Assembly (NCBI GenBank): GCA_951406725.2
Contig: OX597833.1
Location: 47,988,001 to 48,052,000, forward strand
From: Octopus vulgaris
Lineage: Eukaryota
DNA: 64,000 nucleotides
Direction: 5' to 3'
Position numbers and translations under genes: made by a program. A model generated the notes under the pieces. It was not told the DNA's origin. It made no database searches and saw only the letters and a program-made list of their open reading frames with translations. Within the stretch, counting starts at the first letter, position 1. Each line of letters opens with the position of its first letter. Below are positions 49,240-61,351 of this stretch, piece by piece.

Positions 49240-49759
49240 GAGACAGAGACTTATAACAGAGGACAATGTGGAGTTCGTATGAATTAATAGTGAGGTTTAC
49301 AAACAAAATCTGTGGTAGGTGCAAGGTCTCAGCCACATTGGAGATGACATGTTGTAGACTGTAGATACAAGCCATAAAAACGAAGAAACAGACTTAAAAA
49401 GACAAGATGGCAAGAAGAGAATTCAGGTATATTTAGTGACAGGAAAAGCAGAAAGTAAGAAGTATGCCAATGTTCTGATGCATGAGGTATTCCAGATTGC
49501 AAGACAGAGTACTACAGATATTGAAATATCAATGGAAAAAAAAAAAATTATAATGAATGATAATGGCACAACTTTACAGTGAAAAGAGACATGACAATGC
49601 TTTTATAAACTATTGAATGTGAGAAAGAAGGGTTGCCAAGTAGTGCCCACAGAAGGCCTATCAAATTATGCTGATAACAACCATGGTTACATATGCAACT
49701 GAGGATATGAAGGCAGGAAAGGTATTGTTTCATTAAGAACAGTTACTAAAATGCTTAAA

Positions 49760-50076
49760 CCCTTTAGCATTCACCTTATTCTATTGAAACTAATGCTTAT
49801 TTAATCATCATCATCGTTTAACATCCGTTTTCCATGCTAGCATGGGTTGGACGGTTCAACCGGGGTCTGGGAAGCCAGGAGGCTGCACCAGGCTTCCAGT
49901 CTGATCACATTGCTTTGAATTCATTATGCATTATCCTGTAGCTTTGAGATTTTGATGAGGTAACTTAATTTTTAGAATGATATTGTAGGATTAGTGTGAG
50001 AGGTCAGATCGAGCAAGATTGAGCATAGAACAGGTAGAGTATTTTGGTCAGATATGGCCAGTTTAAAGCTAAAGGG
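49760..50076. mobile_element. piggyBac-like MITE with nested family B tail
   Basis: CCCTTTAGCATTC...GCTAAAGGG|TTAA. Confidence 0.72.
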
Positions 50077-50104
50077 TTAAAAAATCTAACAAAGTAGATG
50101 TTAG

Positions 50105-50524
50105 AGGCGCAGGAGTGGCTGTGTGGTAAGTAGCTTGCTAACCAACCACATGGTCCTGGGTTCAGTCCCACTGCGTGGCATCTTGGGCAAGTGTCTTCTG
50201 CTATAGCCCCGGGCCGACCAATGCCTTGTGAGTGGATTTGGTAGACGGAAACTGAAAGAAGCCTGTCGTATATATGTATATGTATATGTCTGTGTGTGTA
50301 TGTGTGTGTGTATGTCTGTGCTTGTCCCCCTAGCATTGCTTGACAACTGATGCTGGTGTTTTTACGTCCCCGTCACTTAGCGGTTCGGCAAAAGAGACCG
50401 ATAGAATAAGTACTGGGCTTACAAAGAATAAGTCCCGGCGTCGATTTGCTCGACTAAAGGCGGTGCTCCAGCATGGCCGCAGTCAAATGACTGAAACAAG
50501 TAAAAGAAAAAAAAAAAAAAAGTA
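50105..50524 (+). mobile_element. SINE family A, full length, young
   Basis: Family homology. Confidence 0.95.
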
Positions 50525-50998
50525 GGGCATATGCTAGTCCCTCACATAATCAATCGGGTAGTAAAAGAAGGTGTCATAGTCAAAGACTGAAGTCATAGTA
50601 CCATTGTCAACTGCTACAAGGGCAAATGAGATTCCTTAGGGAGCAGAAATTACAGAAAACTCAAATTGTTGGACCAAGTTATAAAAGTTACAGAAAGAGA
50701 TATGGTACAATTAAGGACAGTTTGGTTTTGTGCTAAGAAGTAATACTTCTTAGCATCCTAGTGATGCTATCCTAGTGAGACAACTGCTGGAGAAGTACTA
50801 AGGGGTAAACCTCTATACCTAACATTTGTCAACTTGATGAAGGTCTTTAAGGGTAGTAGCTCTGTGTGCATGTGTGTGTGTTGCTTATAGTGTATAACTT
50901 AGACTTGAGTTTAAATTGATAAGATTGTGCAGATTCAAGTCATTTTGCTGAAAAGAACGTTTGTCAAGAGAAGTTGATGTTGTTGGGAGTAATATTAA

Positions 50999-51211
50999 CC
51001 ATTTAGCATTTCAATCAGTCATATCTGGCCCAAATATTCTACTTGTTTTATGTTCAAACTGACCAAATCCAGCCTCTACCATCTACCTTAAAATGTCATT
51101 CTAAAAATAAGCAATTACATAATGCAAATCTTGAAGCTACAAACGAAATAATGGCTGATTAATTCATAATAAATAAGCATTACATTTGACAGTAATCTGA
51201 ATGTTAAAGGG
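50999..51211. mobile_element. piggyBac-like MITE
   Basis: TTAA|CCATTTAGCATT...ATGTTAAAGGG|TTAA. Confidence 0.75.
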
Positions 51212-51834
51212 TTAAACTATGGAGAAAAGAACAAAGGACAAAGCCCAACTGCAGGAAATGCCAAGCAGTAAATAATCTCTTAAGTAAATAATTTCTAAAG
51301 GAAAAGCACGCTGACTGCCTAGAATTGGTTGAAAGTGTAGAATATAAAAGAAAAGATGGATATATTGTAATAACATTACTTGTAATGTTACAAAAAAAAA
51401 GAAAAGAAAAAAAAGGGGTGAACAGAAGAGAAATATGAAATTAGTCAATCTTTCAAATTTTCAGTTTTTAATTTCAATGGGCGGAACCAGAGATTTTTCA
51501 GAAGGCATTCTTTAGCTCTACATTAGGGGAAAAAAAAAAAAAAAAAAAAAAAAGAAATTCACAGAAGATTCCCTCTGATTTAGATGATAAGACTATGCAG
51601 ATTCATAGTTTTATGATAAAACTGGAAAAGCAGCATAAGACACCTATTTTTTTTTTCTCTTTTTTCATGCCAAGAACAGTAAAACTGGAGAAAACAGAAA
51701 GAAAAACTGTCTGTATTAATAAGTAGGATATGAAGCAACATTTCAGTACAGTTTTGTGGTTTAGCTGGAGGAATTAAATCTAAGTGCTGTTGTTATTTTT
51801 AAAAGAAATAACGATTCCAAAATCAGAAAAATTT

Positions 51835-52078
51835 TTCTTTATTGTTTACTTGATTCAATCATTGGATTGTGGCCAAGCTGGGGCATTGCCTTCAAGGGTT
51901 TAGTTGAATAAAATGATCTCAGTACTTTGATTTTTTTTTTTGTTTTCAAAGTCTGGTATTTATTTTATCAATCTCTTTCGCTGAACCACTAAGTTAAAGG
52001 GACGTAAATAAATCAACAATGGTTGTCAAGTAGTGGGGAACAAACACAAACAGAAAGACACACACTCACACACGTGTG

Positions 52079-52130
<52 letters not shown>

Positions 52131-52268
52131 ATTGGTTTCCACATAGTTTCAGTCAACCAAATTCAATTGGCCCAGGGCTATAGAAGACATTTGCTCAAGG
52201 TGCCACGCAGTGAGATTGAACCCGAATCCATGTAGTTGGGAAGCAAACTTCTTAACCATACAACCATT
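51835..52268 (-). mobile_element. SINE family A, old copy
   Basis: Diverged family homology. Confidence 0.75.
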
Positions 52269-52269
52269 G

Positions 52270-52890
52270 TTCAATGCTACTTTTAAAAGGCTGGCTGGAT
52301 GGAAAAGGCCTATCTTTAAGATGAGAAAAGTAGATAAAAAAAAAGATCCAGAGCACTTATAAAATAAAAGAAACCTGCAATGCTGGCATGGAACCAGTTT
52401 ATAGAATCACTTTAATGAGCCAGTGAAACACTTTAAAAGATTATGGAAAATTCATCAAACATTAATAATCCTGTATGGTTTGGCAAGTGTTCCTTTTAGC
52501 CTCTTGATGATGTTTTCAACAAACCATTTAAGGTTTGAATAAACCTATGGAATGATCAGGATGCAGCTACAGACATCGGCCACAAATTTAGATTAAGATG
52601 ATAAAATGATGAATAGATAGGATGGGACACAGATGAAAAGATAAATAATGAAGAATGGTTAGAATTGTTTTCAGAATTGGATGATGAATCAGACTTTGAT
52701 GAGTTTGAAGCAATAAACTCATGAGGATGCTTCATGATCAATGACAGAGCAAAAACAGAAGCCATGTCAGTTTTATTAAAAAGTTTTAGAATTTGTAGCA
52801 TTATTATTATATTGGTTTCTACAAGATATATAAATTACAATGGGTGTGCATGGGGCTAGAGGTCATATAAATGCATAGTATATACTGAGT
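52270..52890 (+). mobile_element. Decayed pogo-family DDE transposase remnant
   Basis: IILYGLASV/PLDDVFNKPFKV resembles the pogo IPGGLTSxLQPLDVxxNKPFK motif; acidic tail ELFSELDDESDFDEFE. Confidence 0.65.
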
Positions 52891-53034
52891 CTTTAGCTCC
52901 TAAATGCAAAAAGTAGATCATATATCAAGATTTGTGTTGTATTCTGTCTCTCTCTCTCTCTACACACGCACGCACACACACACACACACTCACACATTTT
53001 TGGTCCTTGTCAGTGATGTGCACCACGTTGTTGG

Positions 53035-53410
53035 GATTGCTGTGTGGTTGAGAAATTTGCTTCCCAACCACATGGTTTCGGGTTCAGTCCCACTGTGCAA
53101 GCCTTGGGCAACTGTCTGGCACTATAGCCCTGGGCAAATCAAGGCCTTGTGAGTGGATTTAGTAGATGGAAACTGAAGGAGTCCCATTTGTGCATATGTA
53201 TGCATGCATGTGTGTACCCTTGTCTTGACATCATGTGATGGTTATAAACATGCATGTTCATGTTCAGTCTTCTAAAGAAAAACTGTCTGGCTTTTGGAAA
53301 CAGGTGAGGGTTTGCAACAGGAAGGGCATCTAGCTGTAGAAAATCTACCTCAACAAATTCTGTCTGACCCATGCAAGAATAGAAAAGTAAACAATTGATG
53401 ATGATGATGA
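53035..53410 (+). mobile_element. SINE family D (A-type head, RTE-type tail)
   Basis: Head GGTTCAGTCCCACTG; tail GGAAACAGGTGAGGG..GGAAGGGCATC..(GAT)n. Confidence 0.8.
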
Positions 53411-54532
53411 CACTTTGCATATACACTATAAAACATTTTATCAACAAAAAATCAGAATTTAACAAATTATCAAACATTGGTGAGAACAAATGCATTAACA
53501 TCAACTACCCATCTTTCTTCTTTTCTTTTTTTAAAATAGAATCACTGATTTTTGTCACCCATCATCCACCACCACCACCCAATTTCTGACCATGGCCAGC
53601 TGGACTAATCTTATGGATTCAGACAATTTGTTTTCACATTTTCTTCTTTTCTCAAATTCAAATTTTAACACATACAATACAAATCAAAATTTTAAATATT
53701 ACAATTTTAAAAAAGAATTGCCTCCAATCTGGGCTGTTTGACCCACAATACATTCCATCCATTAGATAATTACTAAAGGATACCTAGTAGTTCTCTATCA
53801 GAGGTACTAATTTTTTTTTTAATTAATAAAGAATCAGTACAATGAAGCATTTCTCTATAGCAAGCTCTCCTATTTTTATTTAATCATGCTATTCTATTGT
53901 GTTTATATACATAGTGATAGAAATATCTATTGTAAGTCTTTATAAATTGTATTTATTATTTTCAACAGTATTATATTGCAACAATATGTATCTAATTGTT
54001 TTATCATAAATTGTATCAAATTTTATTAATTTTCTTTCATATTGTTCACTTATTAATTTGTATTCATATTCTATGTGTTGGAATTTTAATTTGAAAAATA
54101 GAAAGGATGGTCACGGTTGGATTGCTTTTGTTCTTTAATGTAAAAAATTTCTGAGTACAAAATAATGGGAAATTTGGCCGTAGAAACATTGCCAGATCAG
54201 ACTGGGCCTGGTGCAGCCTTCTGGCTTCCCAGACCCCAGTTGAACCGTCCAACCCATGCCAGCATGAAAAGCGGACGTTAAACGATGATGATGATGTGTG
54301 TCTTTGTGTTTGTTTGTCCTTTCACCATAACTTGACAACCAGTGTTGGTTTATTTATGTCACTGTAGCTTAGCGGCTCGGCACAAGACCGATAGAATAAA
54401 TACCAGCTTTAAAAATAAGTACCAAGGTCGAGTTGTTCAACCTGAAACCTTCAAGGAGGTGCCCCAGCAAGGCCGTAGTGAAATGACTGAAACAAGTAAA
54501 CACTAAAAGACACGATTGAGAAGTTTATGTTC

Positions 54533-54949
54533 GGATCTTTTCGGTTTGAACGGAAGTTTTTTCTAGTGGTGTCATATGAAATTGTCACCCATAATTATGA
54601 CCCTAGTATCAATCTATTGCATTTCAATCTGTTTTAGGGTTAGGGGTGGGGGAAGGGTATCTTTTTTTTTTCACAAATGTAAATAAACCCAATCTGTTTC
54701 TTAAACGAGGGACATTTTCATACGGCACAGAATGTTATTTTTTTTACCTCAATGGACGTCATTGATTGGTTGAAATTGCAGAAATTGAAGAAAAAACAAC
54801 AACAAATATCTTACAAGCTCTAGAATTTTCTCAATAAAGCCAAGAGAAAAATATGTTTTATAAACACATTCTACCAGTATAAGAAGTTTAAAAGTGTTTA
54901 GTTACGTGGAAATTATTTTAAAAAACTGCCGTTCAAACCGAAAAGATTC
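54533..54949. mobile_element. Merlin-like MITE with 9-bp TSD
   Basis: TIR GGATCTTTTCGGTTTGAACGG..; TSD TTTATGTTC on both sides. Confidence 0.8.
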
Positions 54950-55431
54950 TTTATGTTCTTATCAATGTGGAGGGAAAAAATACTTCCATAAATAAAGACA
55001 AAAAAAAAACGTTCGCAGTTGGAACACTTTCATTCTCAAGAGTATTTGATGAATTAAATACTTTGATCACAGAAATTTGCATATTTTTAATTGAATGTGA
55101 AAAGAACAAAGCAAACCTTATTGATTTGTTTTTTGTCAAATGATAACTGCATTTAGCGCACTCATCTGATATGGACGAGTGCTAACACAAGCATCATCAG
55201 ACTTACCATTAAAGTGATTGAATATCTAACAGTATTTATTGTTCATACCCTAATCAATATTCTTTGTTTGACTTTAAGGGACTGTGTATTCAGTTTTATT
55301 TTTTTTATTTTCGTATATTTTTTTTTAATGGAAAAATGATTCTAATGCTTAGGGTGTTCAAATTTGTTCCACTGTATAGAAATATGTGTTGTAATAATTT
55401 TCATTATGTAATGAGAGTTGTTTCAATAGAA

Positions 55432-55856
55432 GGAGCTTTTCGGTTTGAACGGCAGTTTTTAACATAATTTCTAGGTAACTAAAAAATTTTAAACTTCGTT
55501 TACTGGTAGAATGTGTTTATAAAACATCTTTTTCTCTTGGCTTTATTGAGAAAATTCTATGGTTTGTAAGATATTTGTTGTTTTTCTTCTTCAATTTCTG
55601 CAATTTCAACCAATCAATGACGTCCATTGAGGTAAAAAAAAAACATTCTGTGCCGTATGAATATGTCCCTCGTTTAAGAAACAGATTGGGTTTATTTACA
55701 TTTGTGAAAAAAAAAAGATACCCTTCCCCCTAACCCTAACCAACCCTAACCCTAAAACAGATTGAAATGCAATAGATTGATACTAGGGTCATAATTATGG
55801 GTGACAATTTCATATGACACCGCTAGAAAAAACTGCCGTTCAAACCGAAAAGATCC
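55432..55856. mobile_element. Merlin-like MITE with 8-bp TSD, opposite orientation to 54533
   Basis: TSD CAATAGAA on both sides; internal (CCCTAA)n. Confidence 0.8.
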
Positions 55857-56025
55857 CAATAGAATTATAACTAGGAATTGAAAAGAATTTCCTTATGTTG
55901 AAAAATGTTGTATTTCACCCCTATCTACTTCTCTCTCTCTCTCTCATTCTCCACACACACACACAGATGAGTGGACAAACAAAAGAAAGTGGCATTGAAC
56001 ACACTTAGTAAGGAGATACATTATA

Positions 56026-56152
56026 AACGGTTTGACTCAGCTCCGTATGACTTGAAGTTTCGTCAGCTCGTAGGACAGACCCATCTCATAAGATATTTAG
56101 GGAAGACTCTTCCTCGGGTATCATTGATCATATAGAGCTGAGTCAAGCTGTT
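56026..56152. mobile_element. Small TIR element (about 25-bp inverted termini)
   Basis: AACGGTTTGACTCAGCTCCGTATGA / TCATATAGAGCTGAGTCAAGCTGTT. Confidence 0.55.
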
Positions 56153-56633
56153 ACTAATAAATGCCACACACATCGTTTACTTAAAAAAGAAAAACAGGTG
56201 ATGCCTAGCGGAAGGGCATCCTGCTGTAAACAATGCAATACTATATCCCGTTAATCCATGCTAGCATGGAAAAAATATACGTAAAAATGTACGGTACCTG
56301 ATATACATATTACACACACACATACAAAACGTACAAACAAACAAACACTATATTACGTTTATACACAATTTAGGTATTTATACTATACTTACAGTATGTA
56401 TTTTTTCGCCAGCAAAAAAAGTTATACAACTGCATCAAGGGCCGAGAGGTTTGTGCATGGTATACACATACATAGTGTGTTGCATGCATGCATGTATATA
56501 CACACACAATATATATATATATATATATATATATGCATGCACATGCACTATATTTATTCACACTATATATATATACTTATATACACACACACCATATATA
56601 TATACTTATATACACACACACACCATATATATA

Positions 56634-56680
<47 letters not shown>

Positions 56681-58996
56681 CATATATATATACTTATATA
56701 TATACACATACATTGTATATATACATATATACACTATATATACATATGCACTATATATATATATACTTGTATATACACACACTATATATATATGTTGGGG
56801 AGTAGAATATATAAACATCTAAAAACAAATGTAAATAGATACACAAAATGTGAAATAGAATAAAAAAATTAGTGTTATGTGGGAATCGAATCTACATCTA
56901 CTTAATACCTTAGAACATATGTTGATAGATATCAAGTTATATATATATAAATTATCGGGGTCGATGAAACAGACTAACAATTTTCCCTTAGATTGCTGGC
57001 GTTGTACCAAAATTTGAAACACTATTTAATATAAGTACCAACAAGTATTATATTTAATGAAAATCTGAATGAATAATTTGTTGACTAAAGGCTGTATGTG
57101 TATATGTATATATATATATACATGTATGCGTGTGTATGCATGTATAGATAGATAGAAATTAATATGTAAAACTTGTTCGCTGTAGGTTGCAAAACTTAAA
57201 AATATTTTGGCTAATAATTATTGTACTTCAGTAAAATACGGTTAATATTTTAGGTTCATAAAAAAATATATAGAAATCACTCAAAGATTAATTAATAATT
57301 AACCTACAACAAAGACATTTCAAATTATCAGATACAACTCTTATTTATAACGATAATCTAAGATAACAAAAAAAAAATACAAGTACTAGAAACTACTTCA
57401 GTTTTTCAAGTAGAATGATCAGGTACCTGAGGTTTTGGAGCATTGTTTATCAGAAAAGTCTTTTCATGAAGCGATCAATTAAAATTGAATACAATATTAA
57501 TTAACAACAAAGAAAAGCAGCAATCAATTAAGAAAAGTAGGGTGAGAATCTTTTGAAAAAACAGGTTTATTGTTCAACTTGAATCTGTTATATCTAGATA
57601 ATAATATATGCATCAAATTATGTTGTTAGGGAGACGTATAATTATGTGACAGCGGAATCTTGATACATATAGATAGCTTTAGCCTGTTTAATTTCATATA
57701 ACCTTATTAAATAAACAATGAAGGCCTTTTTAAGGGAGGTGAAGGGGGGGAGCTTAGTGTAACATGATGCTGTCTCTTGAATGAAAACATTTCTGCAGAA
57801 TGATACAACCGGCGAGGAATATTTTTTAAAAAATCGGTTGATTTTATTATGTATATATACATATATATATATATATCATCTTTCTGTCTTCAAATATAAA
57901 TGGTTATATATCGGATACTAAATTACATAAAAATTCATAAATACCTAGAGTGTGTATGTAAGAACTGAGATATCACTGCTATATATTAGGATTAAACGAT
58001 TCTACATAATGTATTGAATACATTTTCCTTGTTTTGTATGCACAAGTATATATATATATATTTATATATGTAGCTATTATAATATATCTGTCTACCTACA
58101 CACACATCTATTTATCTATCTATCTATATACATATATATAATATATATATAGCACACAGAATTATACATGGTATATACAAAAGAACAGTAAGGGATTAGC
58201 TTTGACAGGTACTCTGAGGAATTCTCGATGCCAAGTCTTAGATGTACATATGCTTATATGGAATTTTAAACTTTATAAGACTCCGTGACAAAGACGAAAT
58301 CATTTCAATAAAGATATTAGTACATATAATGTTCAAATTAATAATAATACACGTGGAAAATAAATAGGGTTAGTTACCGAAATGTTAAACAAATAGCGTG
58401 TCAACCGATTTATTCAATGGAACAATATATTGGAATAGAAGAAAACTGCCGAAATAAGTCATGGTTATTGTTTGAAGATTTAAAGATTAGAGTCATTTAG
58501 ATATTACGATGATTGCAATACAATAGAGACGAAATTTTATTATATGTGGTGTAGTACCAACCATGTAATAGTTAGTTACTGAAAAATATTGGACAAGCAC
58601 CATGCAAAATATAATTAAGATATATAGTGAGAAAAAAAAAGCTGCTGAAATAAATCGTAGTTGTTGTTGGAAGATTTAAGATTAATTTTATCATCTTGAT
58701 ACTGTAATTATATGAAATTAATAGAAAGAAAATATGAATAATTGGGATGTGGTATAGCACGTACCATGTAAAGATGCTTTTTGTTGCTGTGTTGGGTTTG
58801 CAAGTCCAAATCATAATTACTCTGCTGCTAGTAGTAAAATCCACTCAAATATTACAAAAATAAGCAAGAGGATTTAATGAATATCGATCGTCCTCGGTAG
58901 CTTTTTTCAAAAAAGGTGTATATGTAAAAAAAAATAATAAATCAACAAAGTGAGCGGTAATGTTTTCGCCTGTTTAAATGAGCTGAGGACACATAC

Positions 58997-59135
58997 CGCT
59001 CTTCCGTGAACCAGACATATTGGAAAGTGAAGATGAGGCTTTTCCAACAGCTACTCGCACCCACAACTTCCCTCGTTTCTCTCTTTGCCTACTGTTTATG
59101 ACTTTCCCCTCAATCACATCAGCACCATTGCAGTT
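58997..59135 (-). other. Candidate exon 2 (139 nt) with a 4-codon uORF and ATG at 59018 (MSGSRKS, phase-1 donor)
   Basis: Acceptor ATGTTGACAG|, donor GCG|GTATGT, higher GC than flanks; 123-nt intron to the upstream donor. Confidence 0.55.
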
Positions 59136-59258
59136 CTGTCAACATATTTAATTTAAAAATAATAAACACCCTTTGTGTGTGTGTTTTTTTTTTCCCTTTT
59201 ATTATTATTATTTCTCTCACTTAACAAACTCTGCTTGTATTTTAAGTGATTACCTTAC

Positions 59259-59400
59259 CTTGAGAAACATTTGAAAATTAACAGATCAAGGTGCGATCAT
59301 TCGGAAAGCTAATTGGGGTTTAGCTGTGAGGGAATGTTGCCTATCACACTTAAGGTATTTCTAACAACAACTAGGAAAACTTAAAAACACATCTCGTGGT
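59259..59400 (-). other. Candidate first (5' UTR) exon; 5' boundary unknown
   Basis: Donor AAG|GTAAGG at 59258 in a TE-free region that retains CpG. Confidence 0.5.
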
Positions 59401-60342
59401 TTTATTATTATTGATGTTGTTCACTTCATTTTTAATATAAGGAATTCCGAAATAAAATGTTCATCTTAATGTATTGACACTCGGAAAAACGAATTTCAAA
59501 AATTTACAAATTGTTGAATGCATAAACAACATTTCACAGGGAAATATATTTTATCGTATATTATATCACAATTGATATTTATCGATTATTCAGGTTTTCT
59601 TTATATTGATATTGAAAATTACACTACAACTGTGTGATAATGATATCTGATTTTCATTCGGAATACATAGAAAGGTAGATTTTTATCAAATAACGGATTT
59701 AGATTTAAATTAAACATAAATTTTTTTAATATGCTTTATTTTAAGATACATACCTTATCTTTGAGAGGCTTTATTTCAAGTAAAAAAAAAAGTAATAAAT
59801 TTCGTATTTATATATTTCTAATGTTACAGAGAAATAACCAGGTGTTATTTTGCTATGGTGGTGTAATGGTGGGGGGTGATGGAGAATCTTGTCTAGCAGT
59901 CAGGATCAGGCAATATATTTAGGCGCCCTAAACATTCCCAGTCAATTCAGGTCATGCATGCTTCAGCAGACAATGACAGCTCCAGTTATCACAGTTAGGA
60001 AATAATTTATATAGTTTACCTTTTGAACACTGTCGCCCGAATATATTTAAAATAATATTTTCTTTTTTTTTATATGTATGTAAGGTATGTCAGGCTAGTT
60101 CAAGTTTTATTTCCTAAACTTTTTCATTGTTAAGACCCAAAGAAAAATCTTTTTTTGCACTATGCAACAAAGAAAAAAATGTGACAATTGTGATCTGTAT
60201 AAATATATATATATAATGCTTTCTTTTTGAGAATAGTGTAACTCGAAGCAAATAAAGCTATAAATGTAAATATGTAAATATTGGGTTTAAAACTTTATTC
60301 GATAGAAAAAGTTGAAGACTGATACATACATACATACATACA

Positions 60343-60800
60343 TTATCATCATCAGTTAAGGTCCGTTTTCCACCCAGGCATGGGTTGGGCTGTTTGTCAG
60401 GAGCTGGCAGCCGGGGAACTGTCTAGCCCCCAATCGTCTTGTTTTGGCATGCTCTCTGTGGCTGAATGCCCCTCCTAAGGCCAACCATATTACAGTGTGC
60501 TGGGTGCTTTTTACGTGCCACTGGCACAAATACATTTTATGTGACACCAGCATCTGCAAGACAAAGACCTCTCAGCTGGGAGAGGGAGTGGGAGGCACGG
60601 CATTAAAGGACATGCTTGTATGTATGGAAGGCTGCGATTTTACTTAGTTTGGCGTGTCTTAACTACAGCAAATCACTCCAAGTTTCGGTTCCTTGTTATC
60701 TCCTCAGAGAGACCTAGTGTCTGAAGATACTTTTTCATCACTTTGTCCTATGCCTTCCTGGATCTATCCCTTTCACGGGTTCACTCCATAATTAGAGATC
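60343..60800 (-). mobile_element. RTE LINE ORF2 end plus family B-type 3' UTR, diverged
   Basis: Minus translation TRERDRSRKA*DKVMKKYLQTLGLSEEITRNRNLE runs into the family B UTR. Confidence 0.7.
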
Positions 60801-60819
60801 AGTACACAATATATATATA

Positions 60820-61175
60820 TACAAAATAAGAAAATGGAGAAATACATCCAAATCAAATATCAACTACCAGATAATACCCAATCACATACTTTATTAAACC
60901 ACCACATAAGAAACTTTAAGGTCAAACATAATAATATATGACAAAACAGTGTACATAAAGGAGTAATATGATACAATAAGTACAATATGTATAAGAGAAT
61001 ATAAATATAAATAAATATAAATATAAATATAAACTACATCTTACAGCTGTTTCGGCCCTGCAGATAAGTATGTCTCATTTTACTTATATTATTAGCCATG
61101 TGTGGTAGGTCAATATGTAGTTATAAATGAGACATTTACAAAAATATTCTAAGGCCTCTTCGGAGATTATGAAAT
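60820..61175 (-). mobile_element. Penelope-like pLTR remnant containing a hammerhead motif
   Basis: Hammerhead at 61038-61167, then AT-rich segment and AATAAA (about 60890), ending at a TA tract. Confidence 0.55.
61038..61167 (-). ncRNA. Type I hammerhead motif with greatly extended stem II
   Basis: AUCU CCGAAGA GGCC-(about 95 nt)-GGCC GAAAC AGCU GUA AGAU. Confidence 0.6.
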
Positions 61176-61351
61176 ACAAACCAAATTATATATACACTTA
61201 CATAAGTGTGGGTACATACCCATAATAAATCATATACATATACATATGAGTGCATATACTCATACATTTTTCTTGATGAAAATAAACTGGTCATAATGTT
61301 ATGTACATTTTCACACTGGTAGAATCAATACTTTATTGATAAAAACATCAA

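Larger units (their letters stand above)
49300..50850 (+). mobile_element. Decayed RTE LINE ORF2 interrupted by a MITE and a SINE
   Basis: Fragments NCYKGK*DSLGSRNYRKLKLLDQVIKVTER, QFGFV, LVRQLLEKY, KPLYLTFVNLMKVF at 50600-50850. Confidence 0.75.

Noticed and set aside
51440-51553. Minus-strand acceptor after a long poly-T, with short ORF MPSEKSLVPPIEIKTENLKD
   Set aside because: No matching donor found and all frames stop early; a poly-A run alone can create this signal.
55130-55200. Box C/D snoRNA or hammerhead from TCTGATGA on the minus strand
   Set aside because: No downstream CTGA D box with terminal stem, and no GAAA after the short helix.
55728-55756. Telomere or interstitial telomeric site
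   Set aside because: Only a few TTAGGG units, internal to all three Merlin-like MITE copies.
58572-58844. 90-aa ORF and ATG|GTACGT donor near exon 2
   Set aside because: Low-complexity composition, and phases are incompatible with the neighbouring candidate exons.
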